A stretch of DNA of 63,980 bases, counting the filler. It is 7 parts of 7 records of this genome, joined end to end, with 100 filler letters (N's around TTAATTAATTAA, not from the genome) between each part and the next. Parts side by side here need not be neighbours in the genome. Positions count along the whole stretch, not along the records: positions 7,845 to 13,806 come from SRR31156797_18055; positions 13,907 to 20,407 come from SRR31156797_18066; positions 20,508 to 26,543 come from SRR31156797_18083; 4 more parts are not named here. One strand, given 5' to 3'. Positions 10,217-20,638 of this stretch are shown one piece after another (the stretch's first letter is position 1; every line of letters begins with the position of its first letter). The notes under the pieces are model-generated. The model was not told the origin of the DNA. It saw nothing but the letters and a program-made list of their open reading frames with translations, and ran no database searches. The position numbers and the translations under genes were made by a program.

Positions 10217-10738
10217 TTAGCCGTTTATCCAGAGTTTGACACTGGCAGATTCCTCTTTCCACGCTTTGCTCATGCGCAATTTAAGGAATTGGGTGAAGAC
10301 GATATCGAGCATTTCCAGACATCGTTCCAGCAGAAACATTTTTTCAAGGAATTTTGCGTCTGGGTCGTCGCCTTCATCGTCTTTTGTGGCTATCTTGGGC
10401 GTTTTGAGACCGGAAAGACCAAAATCTGCGGCGTTTACCGACACCAGCCAGTCGTCTTGATCCATTGAAAAGAGGAGCTGTGCCTTGCTGACCTTTTTGC
10501 CGGTCCCCAAGCCTGTTTTGGCCTCAGATAATTCTCCTGCAGGGCTGGATACTGTGGCTGTGGCCTTAGTTTCACCTTCGCCACCTTGAACCGAGAGTTT
10601 TTGCTCCATGTGTAGGGTGAAGGTACGTTTGTCCTCTAGAGAGAAAAGTACGTTTTCATTGTCGGTCTTGTACCAGAGCCATGTCAGGAAATCCTGACCG
10701 AGCAGAGTGTTTTCGCGTTCGACGAGTGAAAGATCCAT
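10217..10738 (-). CDS. RdgC-related protein (C-terminal-half type)
   Basis: LGQDFLTWLW and EAKTGL..GKKV motifs; adjacent to an RdgC-like gene. Confidence 0.6.
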   Translation of the reverse strand: MDLSLVERENTLLGQDFLTWLWYKTDNENVLFSLEDKRTFTLHMEQKLSVQGGEGETKATATVSSPAGELSEAKTGLGTGKKVSKAQLLFSMDQDDWLVSVNAADFGLSGLKTPKIATKDDEGDDPDAKFLEKMFLLERCLEMLDIVFTQFLKLRMSKAWKEESASVKLWING

Positions 10739-10750
10739 GAACTGAAATCC

Positions 10751-11365
10751 TTATACAAAAATTGTGGGATCGAGATTTTCCAACTTGGGTGCGGCATCTT
10801 CGCCGAGGACATCCATGGCCATGAAAAATGGAGTCAAAGGCTCCAGATGGAGATCAAAGGTCAGGGCAAAGTAGTCTTCAAAAAGAGCGCAGACCTTTGA
10901 GTTGGTGGTGGTCAGATAGAGACGATTGCTTGATGGATTCCAGATAATATCAAACATGGCCGGAATCGGTAACGTCCGTGCACGCAGTCTGAGTGTGACC
11001 TGTTCCTTGAGTTCCCGTTTGCGGTCTCGGGACACGAAATTCTTGCCCTGTTCTTTGTTGTGCTCAAGCTCTTTGTTGAGCGCAATTGTCGTGTGCTTCT
11101 TGAGTACTGCGGGTGGGATGCGGCGTGTGTCCAGACGCAGGCCAAAGGCGAAGTATTCCGCTTTTTCAGGCGGAGATTGTGTCCAGTTCATGTCCAGCAT
11201 GTCATCAATGTTGGACCAACCGAAAGACCGTTCATCGGCTGTGGCATCTATGTCGACAAAACAGAATTTCTGGAGTTTTTCCGGGACTTCTTGCAACAAG
11301 TCCTTGGGAACATCTTCAATGATGCGGTATCGTGTCAGCCCAAGGCTGGCGGAGAGTATGCTCAA
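10751..11365 (-). CDS. rdgC: Recombination-associated protein RdgC-like (N-terminal-half type)
   Basis: ERSFGW, LRLDTRRIPPAVLK and RELKEQV..L..R.LP motifs. TTG start at 11365 follows RBS GAGGAG. Confidence 0.7.
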   Translation of the reverse strand: MSILSASLGLTRYRIIEDVPKDLLQEVPEKLQKFCFVDIDATADERSFGWSNIDDMLDMNWTQSPPEKAEYFAFGLRLDTRRIPPAVLKKHTTIALNKELEHNKEQGKNFVSRDRKRELKEQVTLRLRARTLPIPAMFDIIWNPSSNRLYLTTTNSKVCALFEDYFALTFDLHLEPLTPFFMAMDVLGEDAAPKLENLDPTIFV

Positions 11366-11527
11366 CTGAGTCTCCTCGAGTAGATATGTGTTTCGGGGGA
11401 GCCTTTGAGGTAAGATCAATGCGTGCTTTTGTCCAGAAATTTTGGGACATGAATGGTTTCATATTTGAGCATGTCTGCTTGTTTTCCTGATGAGCAGAGG
11501 GTACATGGCAGCAAACAGGAGAAAATT

Positions 11528-11899
11528 ATGCCCGATCATGTTTTGTTGGATTTAATAGAATTTCTTGAAAAAACCAATGCGGATGTCATTCGTTTGGAAG
11601 CTGAAGGAGAAGAAGCTTTGCAAAACGGAGGGCAACGCGATTTCCAGATCAAGTTGGAAGAAAAGGCTAAAATTCTTTCCGCTCTTGGTGAAAATGCGTG
11701 GAAATATTCCGAAAAAATTGAAGGGGCATTGGGAGCAGAGATTTCTACGCGACTTGAACAGTTTTCCACAAGCGCAGGTGCAGCCCTGCGTATCGGGAGT
11801 GTCTTTTTTATGACAGCGTTACTTTATCCGGAAGACCACAAACCGGGGGAACCCAACGATCTTGAGACATATATAGAGGATTTACGCCAACTGACCTAG
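11528..11899 (+). CDS. Hypothetical protein
   Basis: RBS CAGGAG before ATG 11528; conserved-looking C-terminus FFMTALLYPEDHKPGEPNDLE. Confidence 0.7.
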   Translation: MPDHVLLDLIEFLEKTNADVIRLEAEGEEALQNGGQRDFQIKLEEKAKILSALGENAWKYSEKIEGALGAEISTRLEQFSTSAGAALRIGSVFFMTALLYPEDHKPGEPNDLETYIEDLRQLT

Positions 11900-12519
11900 C
11901 TTGGGAGTTTGAAATCCTGATCTTTTTTAGCTGCTTTTCGGGCAGCTTGTTCCTTTTGGCCGATAAGAACGATTTTGTGGACGGCGTCGTCCTGTGCACG
12001 GTCGAGTTCAACAAAAACACAACCGACATTTCCTTTTTCGTGGCGTCTGACTTGGCACAATACGTTTGTCGCCAAATTTGTACCCTTGAGAATGAGGTCC
12101 ATCTTGATTTTGACTCCGGCCTTGATACGGGGTTTTGCGAATTTGAAGCCGAGTCCTGTTGCGCTGATGTCGGAGACTTCGAAGCTCTTTTTAAGTCGAG
12201 GGATATTGACAGCCAAGCCATCTACTGAGATGCGAATGGCATTGCGTTTTTTTGCATAGGCATCATCGGATTTGAGAGAAATACTGAAGCCGAGAGCCGT
12301 TTCATCAATAGGGTCGGAAGATATTTGTTTGGATTTTTTCCGACCTTTTCCCTTTGTTTGGACCTTGAGGGACATGCCTGAAGAATTTGGGACAGGTTTT
12401 TTTTTGCGTGCCGTTTTCTTTAATTTGTTTGTTTTTGTGGGCGTCGGTCCCTGATTCTTTTTGTGGGTGGTAGTTTTTGACGAGGAGAGGATATTTTTCA
12501 AGAAGTTGAGAAGGCCCAT
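11896..12519 (-). CDS. PilZ-domain (c-di-GMP-binding) protein
   Basis: RNAIR (RxxxR) and DISATG (DxSxxG) motifs. Confidence 0.85.
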   Translation of the reverse strand: MGLLNFLKNILSSSKTTTHKKNQGPTPTKTNKLKKTARKKKPVPNSSGMSLKVQTKGKGRKKSKQISSDPIDETALGFSISLKSDDAYAKKRNAIRISVDGLAVNIPRLKKSFEVSDISATGLGFKFAKPRIKAGVKIKMDLILKGTNLATNVLCQVRRHEKGNVGCVFVELDRAQDDAVHKIVLIGQKEQAARKAAKKDQDFKLPS

Positions 12520-12713
12520 TGTTCACCACTTTTGCTGCTGATTGATGAAAACTTGCATAGAATTGTATTAAAAAGAAGAGTCTATGACAAGTGATCCGTG
12601 AACGATGATATTCTCTGAGTCATTTTTGCGGAATAGGGTTGACAATTTGTCCTTTTGGTGAGCAATTAGATACATCTTTTCAAGCAAAAAGCGGATGATC
12701 GAGGAGGAATAAG

Positions 12714-12857
12714 ATGATTGGCGAACTGCTTTCTGGAATGGCTCATAGTTCGGGTCCCGGCTTTGTCGGCGTATCTTTGATTTTCATTTATCTCGCATGG
12801 ATTCTGACTATCGGTATTATCCGGGTCCGTGAAGCCATGAACGAAGACCATCATTAA
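12714..12857 (+). CDS. Small (47 aa) single-TM protein, missed by the ORF track
   Basis: RBS GAGGAGG at 12701-12707. Translation MIGELLSGMAHSSGPGFVGVSLIFIYLAWILTIGIIRVREAMNEDHH. TTGACA at 12639 and a downstream plus-strand terminator. Confidence 0.7.
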   Translation: MIGELLSGMAHSSGPGFVGVSLIFIYLAWILTIGIIRVREAMNEDHH

Positions 12858-12858
12858 A

Positions 12859-12887
12859 CAAAAAAACGCGACGAATTCGCCGCGTTT
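12859..12887 (-). terminator. Hairpin/terminator (likely for the rfbA transcript)
   Basis: AAACGCG-ACGAATTCGC-CGCGTTT stem with a T-run on the minus strand. Confidence 0.5.
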
Positions 12888-12903
12888 AGATTATTGATGT
12901 TAG

Positions 12904-12935
12904 ACCGCTTTCCTTGGGGGGAAAGCGGTTTTTTT
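12904..12935 (+). terminator. Intrinsic terminator
   Basis: ACCGCTTTCC-TTGGGG-GGAAAGCGGT followed by a T-run. Confidence 0.7.
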
Positions 12936-13806
12936 ATGTGCTTGGACAAGAGTCTGTCGAATCTTCAAGGACCACATCCAAAAGGTATTGACCATAGCTG
13001 TTATTGCTCATTTTGCACGCTAGGTCTTTGAGTTGATCGCGAGATATGAAGCCTCTGCGAAACGCGATTTCTTCTGGGCTGGAAATAACGTATCCTTGAC
13101 GGGCTTGAACTGCCTGAACAAAGCTTGACGCTCCGTGCAAGGATTCGTGGGTGCCCATGTCGAGCCATGCATATCCACGGCCCAACGTTTGCACTTCAAG
13201 CTCTTCCCTTTCCAAATATATTTTGTTGATGTCGGTGATTTCCAATTCGCCGCGAGCTGAGGGCTTGAGTGATTTTGCTATTTCGATGACGTCATTGTCG
13301 TAAAAATACAGTCCCGTGACTGCATACTTTGATTTTGGTTTTTCGGGTTTTTCTTCTATGGATAATGCTTTGAAGTTGGTATCGAATTCAACCACACCGT
13401 ATCGTTCTGGATCTTTAACCAGATAGGCGAAAACAATACCGCCTTTTTCCAAGTCTCCAGCTTTTTTGAGAATGGATCCAAGGCCGTGTCCATAGTAGAT
13501 GTTGTCGCCTAATACCAGACATACGGAATCGTTGCCGATAAAATCTTCGCCAATGATAAAGGCCTGAGCCAATCCTTCTGGTTTCGGTTGTATTTTATAT
13601 GAAATATTCAGCCCGAGTTGCGAGCCGTCGTTCAGCAAGTTTTTGAAATTGGGCAAATCTTGAGGGGTGGATATGATGAGTATGTCTCTTATACCTGCTA
13701 GCATAAGTGTAGACAAAGGATAATATATCATAGGTTTATCATAAACGGGCAGGAGTTGTTTGCTGACGACGCGAGTCAGGGGATGGAGTCGCGTGCCGGA
13801 GCCGCC
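12934..13806 (-). CDS. rfbA: Glucose-1-phosphate thymidylyltransferase, 5'-truncated
   Basis: Frame extends to the contig end ([26 protein letters not shown]); LGDN, EEKP, RGELEIT and WLDMGT motifs. Confidence 0.95.
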   Translation of the reverse strand, partial: GGSGTRLHPLTRVVSKQLLPVYDKPMIYYPLSTLMLAGIRDILIISTPQDLPNFKNLLNDGSQLGLNISYKIQPKPEGLAQAFIIGEDFIGNDSVCLVLGDNIYYGHGLGSILKKAGDLEKGGIVFAYLVKDPERYGVVEFDTNFKALSIEEKPEKPKSKYAVTGLYFYDNDVIEIAKSLKPSARGELEITDINKIYLEREELEVQTLGRGYAWLDMGTHESLHGASSFVQAVQARQGYVISSPEEIAFRRGFISRDQLKDLACKMSNNSYGQYLLDVVLEDSTDSCPST

Positions 13807-13906
13807 NNNNNNNNNNNNNNNNNNNNNNNNNNNNNNNNNNNNNNNNNNNNTTAATTAATTAANNNNNNNNNNNNNNNNNNNNNNNNNNNNNNNNNNNNNN
13901 NNNNNN

Positions 13907-15112
13907 CTTCTACTTGGTTTTTTATTTGCAGGAATCTTACATGTTTGGTTTCCTCAACATAAAGTGAATCGGTTTATGGGTGGTCACAATCTAAAAAGCG
14001 TATTTAATGCCTCCATTATTGGTGTGCCTTTGCCGCTTTGTAGCTGTGGAGTTATTCCCGCCGGAGTTTCTTTCTACAAAAATGGCGCGTCAAAAGGCTC
14101 TGCCATAAGCTTTATGACCTCCACCCCTCAAACCGGAGTAGATTCCATATTAGTAACCTGGTCGATGCTTGGACTGCCCTTAGCACTTATCCGTCCGGTA
14201 GTAGCCATGATAACTGGCATTTTTGGTGGATGGTGGGTGAATCGGGGTGAAAAGAAAAGGATAGCTACTCAGGACTTAGAAGCAACTGAAAATCAAAGTA
14301 TTAAAGGCAATAAAATAATAGCCATGCTGCGCTATGCCTTTATAGATTTTATGGCAGATATCGTTAAATGGTTAGCCATAGGATTACTATTAGCAGCACT
14401 AATTGCTGTGCTTGTGCCCAATGATTTCTTTAGCGAATATATGACCAATCCCTTTTATGAGTATCTGTTTGTGATTTTAGCTTCAGTTCCGCTTTATGTG
14501 TGCGCCACCGCTTCAGTACCTATAGCTGCAGTGCTTATTCTAAAAGGAATTTCACCCGGTGCCGCATTGGTATTTCTAATGGCCGGACCTGCTACAAATG
14601 CTGCAACTATTACTGTAATAGCACAGACATTGGGCCGTTTAACATTTATTAAATATCTGGCAACCATAATTGTAGGAGCTATTGCTTCAGGTTTGGTAAT
14701 AGATTACTTATTGCCTTCATCATGGTTTACAATTGCTGAGACCATGCAAAATCATGAACATGAAATACTGCCAGAATGGCTTGTATGGTCTTCTGCTATA
14801 ATATTAACCGGTTTAATTTTATATCATATTATGAAAATAATTGGAAACTTATTCAACAAGGAAAATTTCAAAACCCGTAAAGCTGTTGCAGGGGAAAAAA
14901 TAGATAACCCAAACATCCATGTATCAGGAATGGACTGTAAACATTGTAAAATGAATATTGAAAAACATTTGAAACAATTAGATGGAGTTGACAATGTAGA
15001 AGCTAATGAAAAGACAGGCTATGTAGCAGTGGAAGGAAAAAATGTATCTATTGATGATATTCAAATACAAGTAAAAGATCTTGGATATAAACTAGAAGGA
15101 ATTATCAAGTAG
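13907..15112 (+). CDS. ArsP/SO_0444-type metal permease with C-terminal HMA domain, 5'-truncated
   Basis: PLCSCGVIP, STPQTGVDS, PLYVCATASVP and GPATN motifs; GMDCKHC HMA motif. Frame is open from 13907. Confidence 0.85.
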   Translation, partial: LLLGFLFAGILHVWFPQHKVNRFMGGHNLKSVFNASIIGVPLPLCSCGVIPAGVSFYKNGASKGSAISFMTSTPQTGVDSILVTWSMLGLPLALIRPVVAMITGIFGGWWVNRGEKKRIATQDLEATENQSIKGNKIIAMLRYAFIDFMADIVKWLAIGLLLAALIAVLVPNDFFSEYMTNPFYEYLFVILASVPLYVCATASVPIAAVLILKGISPGAALVFLMAGPATNAATITVIAQTLGRLTFIKYLATIIVGAIASGLVIDYLLPSSWFTIAETMQNHEHEILPEWLVWSSAIILTGLILYHIMKIIGNLFNKENFKTRKAVAGEKIDNPNIHVSGMDCKHCKMNIEKHLKQLDGVDNVEANEKTGYVAVEGKNVSIDDIQIQVKDLGYKLEGIIK

Positions 15113-15217
15113 GCATTGCAATAAAATCTCGGTACTGATGTTTCATAGTAAGTAAAACTGTAACTATTTATTAACTTACGCGTCTTAATTCTGAAAACAA
15201 CCCAAAATCAGAAACTA

Positions 15218-16846
15218 ATGAAACATCTATTATTGCTACTGCCATTGGCATTTGTTGCATCTTTTGCATTTGCCCAATCAAATTTTGATGCTTACGTAAA
15301 TACAATTACTGAAAAAAGTGTAGAAACACATATCTACACACTTGCATCTGATAGCATGCAAGGAAGAAAAACCGCGGATGAAGGCCAAAAAATGGCAGCA
15401 AATTATATTGCAAACTATTTCCGCACAAATCATTTAGACAATCTGGGTCTGGAAAGTTATTTTCAACCTTTTACATTGCAAGGTTACGAGAAAAACGACA
15501 TTGATATTTATTATAGAAATAAAGGCTACAACGCCAAAAAGTATCCAAAAAGAGGATTTGGTTATGGTCACTACTTCTCGCACGAGATGCAACTTCACGA
15601 TACGCTGCTATTTGAATATGTAGGACATGGACGAGATGTTCAATCAGAAAACTTTGAAAATAAAGCTATCTTGATTCTGCTGGATGAAAATTTAGGGAAG
15701 ACCTATGAAAACATTAAACATGTAGCTGCAAAAACAAAAGCTAAAGTGTTTATTGTGCTTTTTTCAAAAATGGGAATCTGGCATTTTAACCCTGAAAAAC
15801 ACGTACTTGCTCAACAGAAAAAAGCGCAGCCCGTTGCAGCGCTGCCCAATTTTAGCAATTATTCATTTGAAGAACATATGGGCAAAATGAATAAAAAGGT
15901 TGAGATTTTTGAAAATTTCATGCAATCAGAAGATACCATTTTTATGGCTGTAGCTTTTCCATACGAAATTAAATATCTTTTTAATGAGAGTTATAAAGAG
16001 CTCGAAAAGCTGGAAAAAGAAATTGCCAAAGGAAGAGCCCAAAGGGATGTGCAACTAAAAAACGACTCGCTTATTTGTAACATCAATACTAAAAAATACA
16101 AAGTCAAGAACTATCCCACTGAAAATGTAGTGGCATACGTGGAAGGAACCGATAAAAAAGATGAAATAATTGTCATCACCGCGCATTATGATCACCTGGG
16201 AGCTAAAAAAGATAAAATATTTGTTGGTGCTGATGATAATGCTTCAGGTACAACTGCGGTTATGGAAATGGCGAGAGCTTTTCAGCAAGCTGCAGAAAAT
16301 GGTATCAGACCTAAACGAAGTATTGTTTTTGCAGCAGTTTCAGGAGAAGAAATGGGCTTAAGGGGTTCTGATTATTTCGTAAGAAATTGTCCCGTATCGT
16401 TAGACAATGTTGTTTTAAATGTAAACCTAGACATGATTGGTCGAAACAACAACAACAAAGATAAATATAACACAACTGCTTATTTTCTGACCAATGGAAA
16501 ACATAAACGGAAATATGGCCGAATTGCTAAGCGTTTCGACAAACAAAACCCCAATATTGAACTATCAAAACACCCTGGCTTCATGAAAAAACTAGCCTGG
16601 TCATTTTCTTCAGATCATTACCGTTTCAGAAGAAGAAATATTCCAGTAGCAGTAGTTTTTACAGGTTTACACCCTGATTACCACACCCCCAAAGACACCC
16701 CGGATAAAATTAATTATCCGAAAGCAACACAAGTTACACGGTTAACTTGTCAAACAGTATGGGAAATTGCCAACCTTGAAAAAGACTTGAAAGTAGAAGT
16801 AAAATATCCCACTAAGCAAAACTTGATAGAAAGGGCAATGGATTAA
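15218..16846 (+). CDS. M28 family metallopeptidase, secreted
   Basis: Signal peptide; AHYDH, GADDNASG, GEEMGL.GS, NLDMIGR, SDH and YHTP.D motifs. Confidence 0.9.
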   Translation: MKHLLLLLPLAFVASFAFAQSNFDAYVNTITEKSVETHIYTLASDSMQGRKTADEGQKMAANYIANYFRTNHLDNLGLESYFQPFTLQGYEKNDIDIYYRNKGYNAKKYPKRGFGYGHYFSHEMQLHDTLLFEYVGHGRDVQSENFENKAILILLDENLGKTYENIKHVAAKTKAKVFIVLFSKMGIWHFNPEKHVLAQQKKAQPVAALPNFSNYSFEEHMGKMNKKVEIFENFMQSEDTIFMAVAFPYEIKYLFNESYKELEKLEKEIAKGRAQRDVQLKNDSLICNINTKKYKVKNYPTENVVAYVEGTDKKDEIIVITAHYDHLGAKKDKIFVGADDNASGTTAVMEMARAFQQAAENGIRPKRSIVFAAVSGEEMGLRGSDYFVRNCPVSLDNVVLNVNLDMIGRNNNNKDKYNTTAYFLTNGKHKRKYGRIAKRFDKQNPNIELSKHPGFMKKLAWSFSSDHYRFRRRNIPVAVVFTGLHPDYHTPKDTPDKINYPKATQVTRLTCQTVWEIANLEKDLKVEVKYPTKQNLIERAMD

Positions 16847-16863
16847 ATTGCTTCTTTAAAAAC

Positions 16864-16903
16864 AAACCCACGGTGTCGCTCTGTGCAACGCCGTGGGTTT
16901 TTT
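16864..16903 (+). terminator. Intrinsic (probably bidirectional) terminator
   Basis: AAACCCACGG...CCGTGGGTTT stem with a T-run, between convergent genes. Confidence 0.75.
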
Positions 16904-16921
16904 ATGTTTTACATTAATAAA

Positions 16922-19900
16922 CTATGGAAGCTTCTGACCGGGTATCCAGGGTGCACCCGCTTCTTTTAATTGCTTCTCTATTGCTGGTAAATTTGTCTCA
17001 ATTATTTCTGTTAATTCAGCCCTTAAAACTTTAAATTCTTTTTGTGCAATCTCCAGGCTTCTCTTATGTGTTGGAGTTGGACCATAAGTTGAGTTATTAG
17101 TTCCCATTTGGGCCGCACTAATTCTATTATAAATGGTGGGATTATTCTTTTCGCCTACTTCATTTTTGGCCTGACTACCAAAGAATTTAAGTTTCAATTT
17201 TGCCAAATCCATTTTCAAATTATGCATTTCCTTGTTCATTTCGGTTGGATCTACATCTGTTCTGGAAAGAGCCAGTTCCATTGCATTTAATCTTTTTTCT
17301 GTCTCGCGAATTGCCAGAGAAACAGCACTCATTTTGCCTTGTAAAACCTCAATCTCTTCCCAAAAAGCAACCACCTGATCTGGCTCAGCACCCTCAAGTG
17401 CTCCTTTTCTCATCCGGACAACATCAAATTCCATTGGTTCCGATAAATTTGTAACAACACCGTCGATTTGTTTGGCTAATGTAACTGTATATGTACCTGG
17501 GGCTACCATAAATCCTTCCGGCTCCCAGCTTGGTTTACTTGTTCTTGGTCGGATAGCCCTTTGAGAAGGTGTACGTAAATTCCAGCTTACTCTGTGAAAT
17601 CCTTTACTGGCAGGGCCATCTAGTTTCCTTACTACTTTTCCATCTGAATCTCTAACGGTTAAAATAATCTTTGGCTCTTCCTGTAATTTTTCCTGATCCA
17701 GTTTTTCCCAACCTGGGAAAGGAATATCCTTTTTCTCTTCCGTAAGTTCTTTTTCTTTCTCTTTCCGGAGCTCTTTCAAGGTTTTGTATTCTTTACCGAT
17801 ATAGTAAGTAAATACAGCCCCAAATGGTGGATTAGGTGCAGTAAAATATTGTGCCCCCTGTGATCCTTTTTGACCTCCCAGGGTTGAACGCTCTTTGTAC
17901 CACCAGGCTTTACGTGTAGGGAATAATTTGGCTTCTTCATTTAGTTGCTCCTCCGTTACTTCTCGCAATGCAGCATAATCATCCAATACATAAAAACTGC
18001 GTCCGAAAGTTGCACCTACCAAATCATTTTCTCTTCGTTGGATGGCCAAATCACGAAACGAGATTGTTGGAACACCTCCTGTTAACTTTGCCCATTTTTC
18101 TCCTCCATTCACAGTAAAATAAACACCAAACTCAGTTCCTAAAAACATCAAGTCTTTATTCACATGATCCTGTACAAAGCGCCATAAAAGTGTTCTCTCT
18201 GGAAGATTTCCCTTCATTGATTTCCAGGATTTTCCCTTATCTGTGCTTTTAAAAATGTATGGATCAAAATCACCAAATTTGTGATTATCCAGCAAGATGT
18301 AAACTGTATTGGCGTCATATAAATCTGCTTTAATGTCATTGACAAAGGCCGTTTCGGGCACTTTAGGTAAATCATCTACCATTATTTTTCGCCAGTTGGC
18401 ACCACCATCTTCAGTTACCTGAATTATGCCGTCATCTGTTCCGGCATAAATTAATCCTTCTTGTACTGGAGATTCTGCCAGCGATGTGATGGTGTTATAA
18501 TTCGACATGGCATCCATATCCCATGGTGAATCGTAGCTCCACTGTTTATCCATAATGGGCAGTTCTATACGATTTTCATTTTTAGTTAAATCGCCTGAAA
18601 TGGCGGTCCAACTATCACCTCTATTTTCAGATTTCCAAACACGCTGTGAAGCAAAATAAATACGAGTTGGCTTATGTGGACTCACAAGAATGGGTGCATC
18701 CCAATTGAAACGCTCGTATACCTCTCCCTCTTCAGGTTGAGGTTGTATATAAACAAATTCACCCGTAGTTCTATCAACACGAACCAGATTTCCCTGCTGC
18801 CACTCGGCATAAACAATATCAGGATTTCCGGGTTCAGTAGCTGGTTGGTGTCCATCTGCAAACAGCACGACTTCCCAATCTGAATTGGCAATACCACGGA
18901 CATCATCTGTACGTGATGGTCCTCCCTGTGTATTATTATCCTGTGTACCACCGTAAATATTATAAAAAGGCTCAGCATCATCTACTGCTAATTTGTAAAA
19001 TTGGGTAATTGGTAAATTAGGAACATAACGCCAGTTTTCTGTACCGTCGAACGTTTCATAAATACCACCATCGGTACCCACCAACAAATAATTGGGGTCA
19101 TCTTTCAGAAACGTCAGAGAGTGATTATCAGAATGTTTAAATTCCTCTTTCATTCGGTTAAATGTCTTTCCGCCGTCTTCTGAAACCTGCATGCGCACAT
19201 CAACAAGGTAAAGTTTATCGAAATTGTGCGGACAAGCATATAATTCCTGATAGTAGTGTGGCCCTGTCGCCCCTGAAACAGCATCAGATTGCTTTGTCCA
19301 TGATGCGCCTCTATCGGTTGATTTATACACGCCACCTGTTCGCCTGTCTAGTTCAATCGCTGCATAAATTACATCTGGTTTTTGAGGTGAAATGGCTAAG
19401 CCTATTTTACCCATGTTTGAGGTTGGTAAACCATTTTTGAGTGTATCCCACTCTTCACCTCCATTTTCCGACTTAAAAATACCTGTTCCCGGTCCACCAC
19501 CCATATAAGCAGCTACATTACGATGACGTTGCCAAGTCGCAGCATATAATCGGTCCGGATTTCGTGGATCAATCAAAATGTCTGTAACTCCTACCCATTC
19601 ATCATCACCTAATGTTTTTTTCCAGGTTTTTCCACCATCAACAGTTTTATATAAACCCCTTTCACCACCTTTTGACCATAGTGGACCTTGCGCAGCAACC
19701 CACACTATGTTTGAATTTTCCGGATGAATGACAATCTTTGAGATGTGCTCCGACTTTTTCAAGCCCATATTCTCCCATGATTTTCCTGCATCTTTGCTCA
19801 AATAGACGCCATCTCCATACCCAACATGTCGTCCTCCAATGTTTTCACCTGTCCCAACCCAAACTATGTTAGGGTTATTCTCGTCAATTGTCACACAACC

Positions 19901-20185
19901 AATAGAATAAGTTGTTTGGTTGTCAAAGATTGGTGTCCAGGTTGTGCCAGCATTCATGGTTTTCCAAACTCCTCCTGATCCAACAGCCACATACCAAATA
20001 TTTCTGTTTTCCGGATGAATAGCAATATCAGCGATTCTTCCTGACATAAACGCCGGGCCGATACTCCGAAATTTCAATCCTGAAAAGGTTGGAGCAGAAA
20101 AAATATCTTCTTCTGTTTTCTTTTGAGCATTTGTTGGTAAAAAGAATAAAAATGCAATTAGAATAAGGAATAGATGTTTCATCAT
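16922..20185 (-). CDS. Secreted BNR/VPS10-repeat beta-propeller glycosyl hydrolase-like protein
   Basis: Signal peptide; RSIGPAFMSGRIADI; many S.D.G.TW Asp-box repeats; coiled-coil C-terminus. Confidence 0.85.
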   Translation of the reverse strand: MMKHLFLILIAFLFFLPTNAQKKTEEDIFSAPTFSGLKFRSIGPAFMSGRIADIAIHPENRNIWYVAVGSGGVWKTMNAGTTWTPIFDNQTTYSIGCVTIDENNPNIVWVGTGENIGGRHVGYGDGVYLSKDAGKSWENMGLKKSEHISKIVIHPENSNIVWVAAQGPLWSKGGERGLYKTVDGGKTWKKTLGDDEWVGVTDILIDPRNPDRLYAATWQRHRNVAAYMGGGPGTGIFKSENGGEEWDTLKNGLPTSNMGKIGLAISPQKPDVIYAAIELDRRTGGVYKSTDRGASWTKQSDAVSGATGPHYYQELYACPHNFDKLYLVDVRMQVSEDGGKTFNRMKEEFKHSDNHSLTFLKDDPNYLLVGTDGGIYETFDGTENWRYVPNLPITQFYKLAVDDAEPFYNIYGGTQDNNTQGGPSRTDDVRGIANSDWEVVLFADGHQPATEPGNPDIVYAEWQQGNLVRVDRTTGEFVYIQPQPEEGEVYERFNWDAPILVSPHKPTRIYFASQRVWKSENRGDSWTAISGDLTKNENRIELPIMDKQWSYDSPWDMDAMSNYNTITSLAESPVQEGLIYAGTDDGIIQVTEDGGANWRKIMVDDLPKVPETAFVNDIKADLYDANTVYILLDNHKFGDFDPYIFKSTDKGKSWKSMKGNLPERTLLWRFVQDHVNKDLMFLGTEFGVYFTVNGGEKWAKLTGGVPTISFRDLAIQRRENDLVGATFGRSFYVLDDYAALREVTEEQLNEEAKLFPTRKAWWYKERSTLGGQKGSQGAQYFTAPNPPFGAVFTYYIGKEYKTLKELRKEKEKELTEEKKDIPFPGWEKLDQEKLQEEPKIILTVRDSDGKVVRKLDGPASKGFHRVSWNLRTPSQRAIRPRTSKPSWEPEGFMVAPGTYTVTLAKQIDGVVTNLSEPMEFDVVRMRKGALEGAEPDQVVAFWEEIEVLQGKMSAVSLAIRETEKRLNAMELALSRTDVDPTEMNKEMHNLKMDLAKLKLKFFGSQAKNEVGEKNNPTIYNRISAAQMGTNNSTYGPTPTHKRSLEIAQKEFKVLRAELTEIIETNLPAIEKQLKEAGAPWIPGQKLP

Positions 20186-20638
20186 AGTAGATTTTATGTA
20201 ATGTTTTGGATGTTAAATGATTCAAATTACATAAAACCGATAACAAATCAAATAATGTAAAGTTTTTGCAAAAAAATGTTCGTATTCGTTCTACTTTAAA
20301 ATAATAACCTTTAGTCGATATTATACCTTAAAAAATCCTAAATTTGTGGTAATTAGTGGTTGCAAGAAAACTCCGTTTCTGATAAAGAAAGCTTCATTTT
20401 TGAGGCANNNNNNNNNNNNNNNNNNNNNNNNNNNNNNNNNNNNNNNNNNNNTTAATTAATTAANNNNNNNNNNNNNNNNNNNNNNNNNNNNNNNNNNNNN
20501 NNNNNNNCAAGCCAAAACCAAACAGGGTTTTACAATTTAAAAAGTTTGCAAAAGTAACTTCCGTCTCAACTTCTGCCAAAAAATGACAGATTCTTAGTTG
20601 GAAGTTACTAAGGTGTCTAATCTGTTAATTAAACCTGG

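Noticed and set aside
12666-12854. 62-aa minus-strand ORF
   Set aside because: The opposite-strand 47-aa ORF has the RBS, promoter-like box and terminator.
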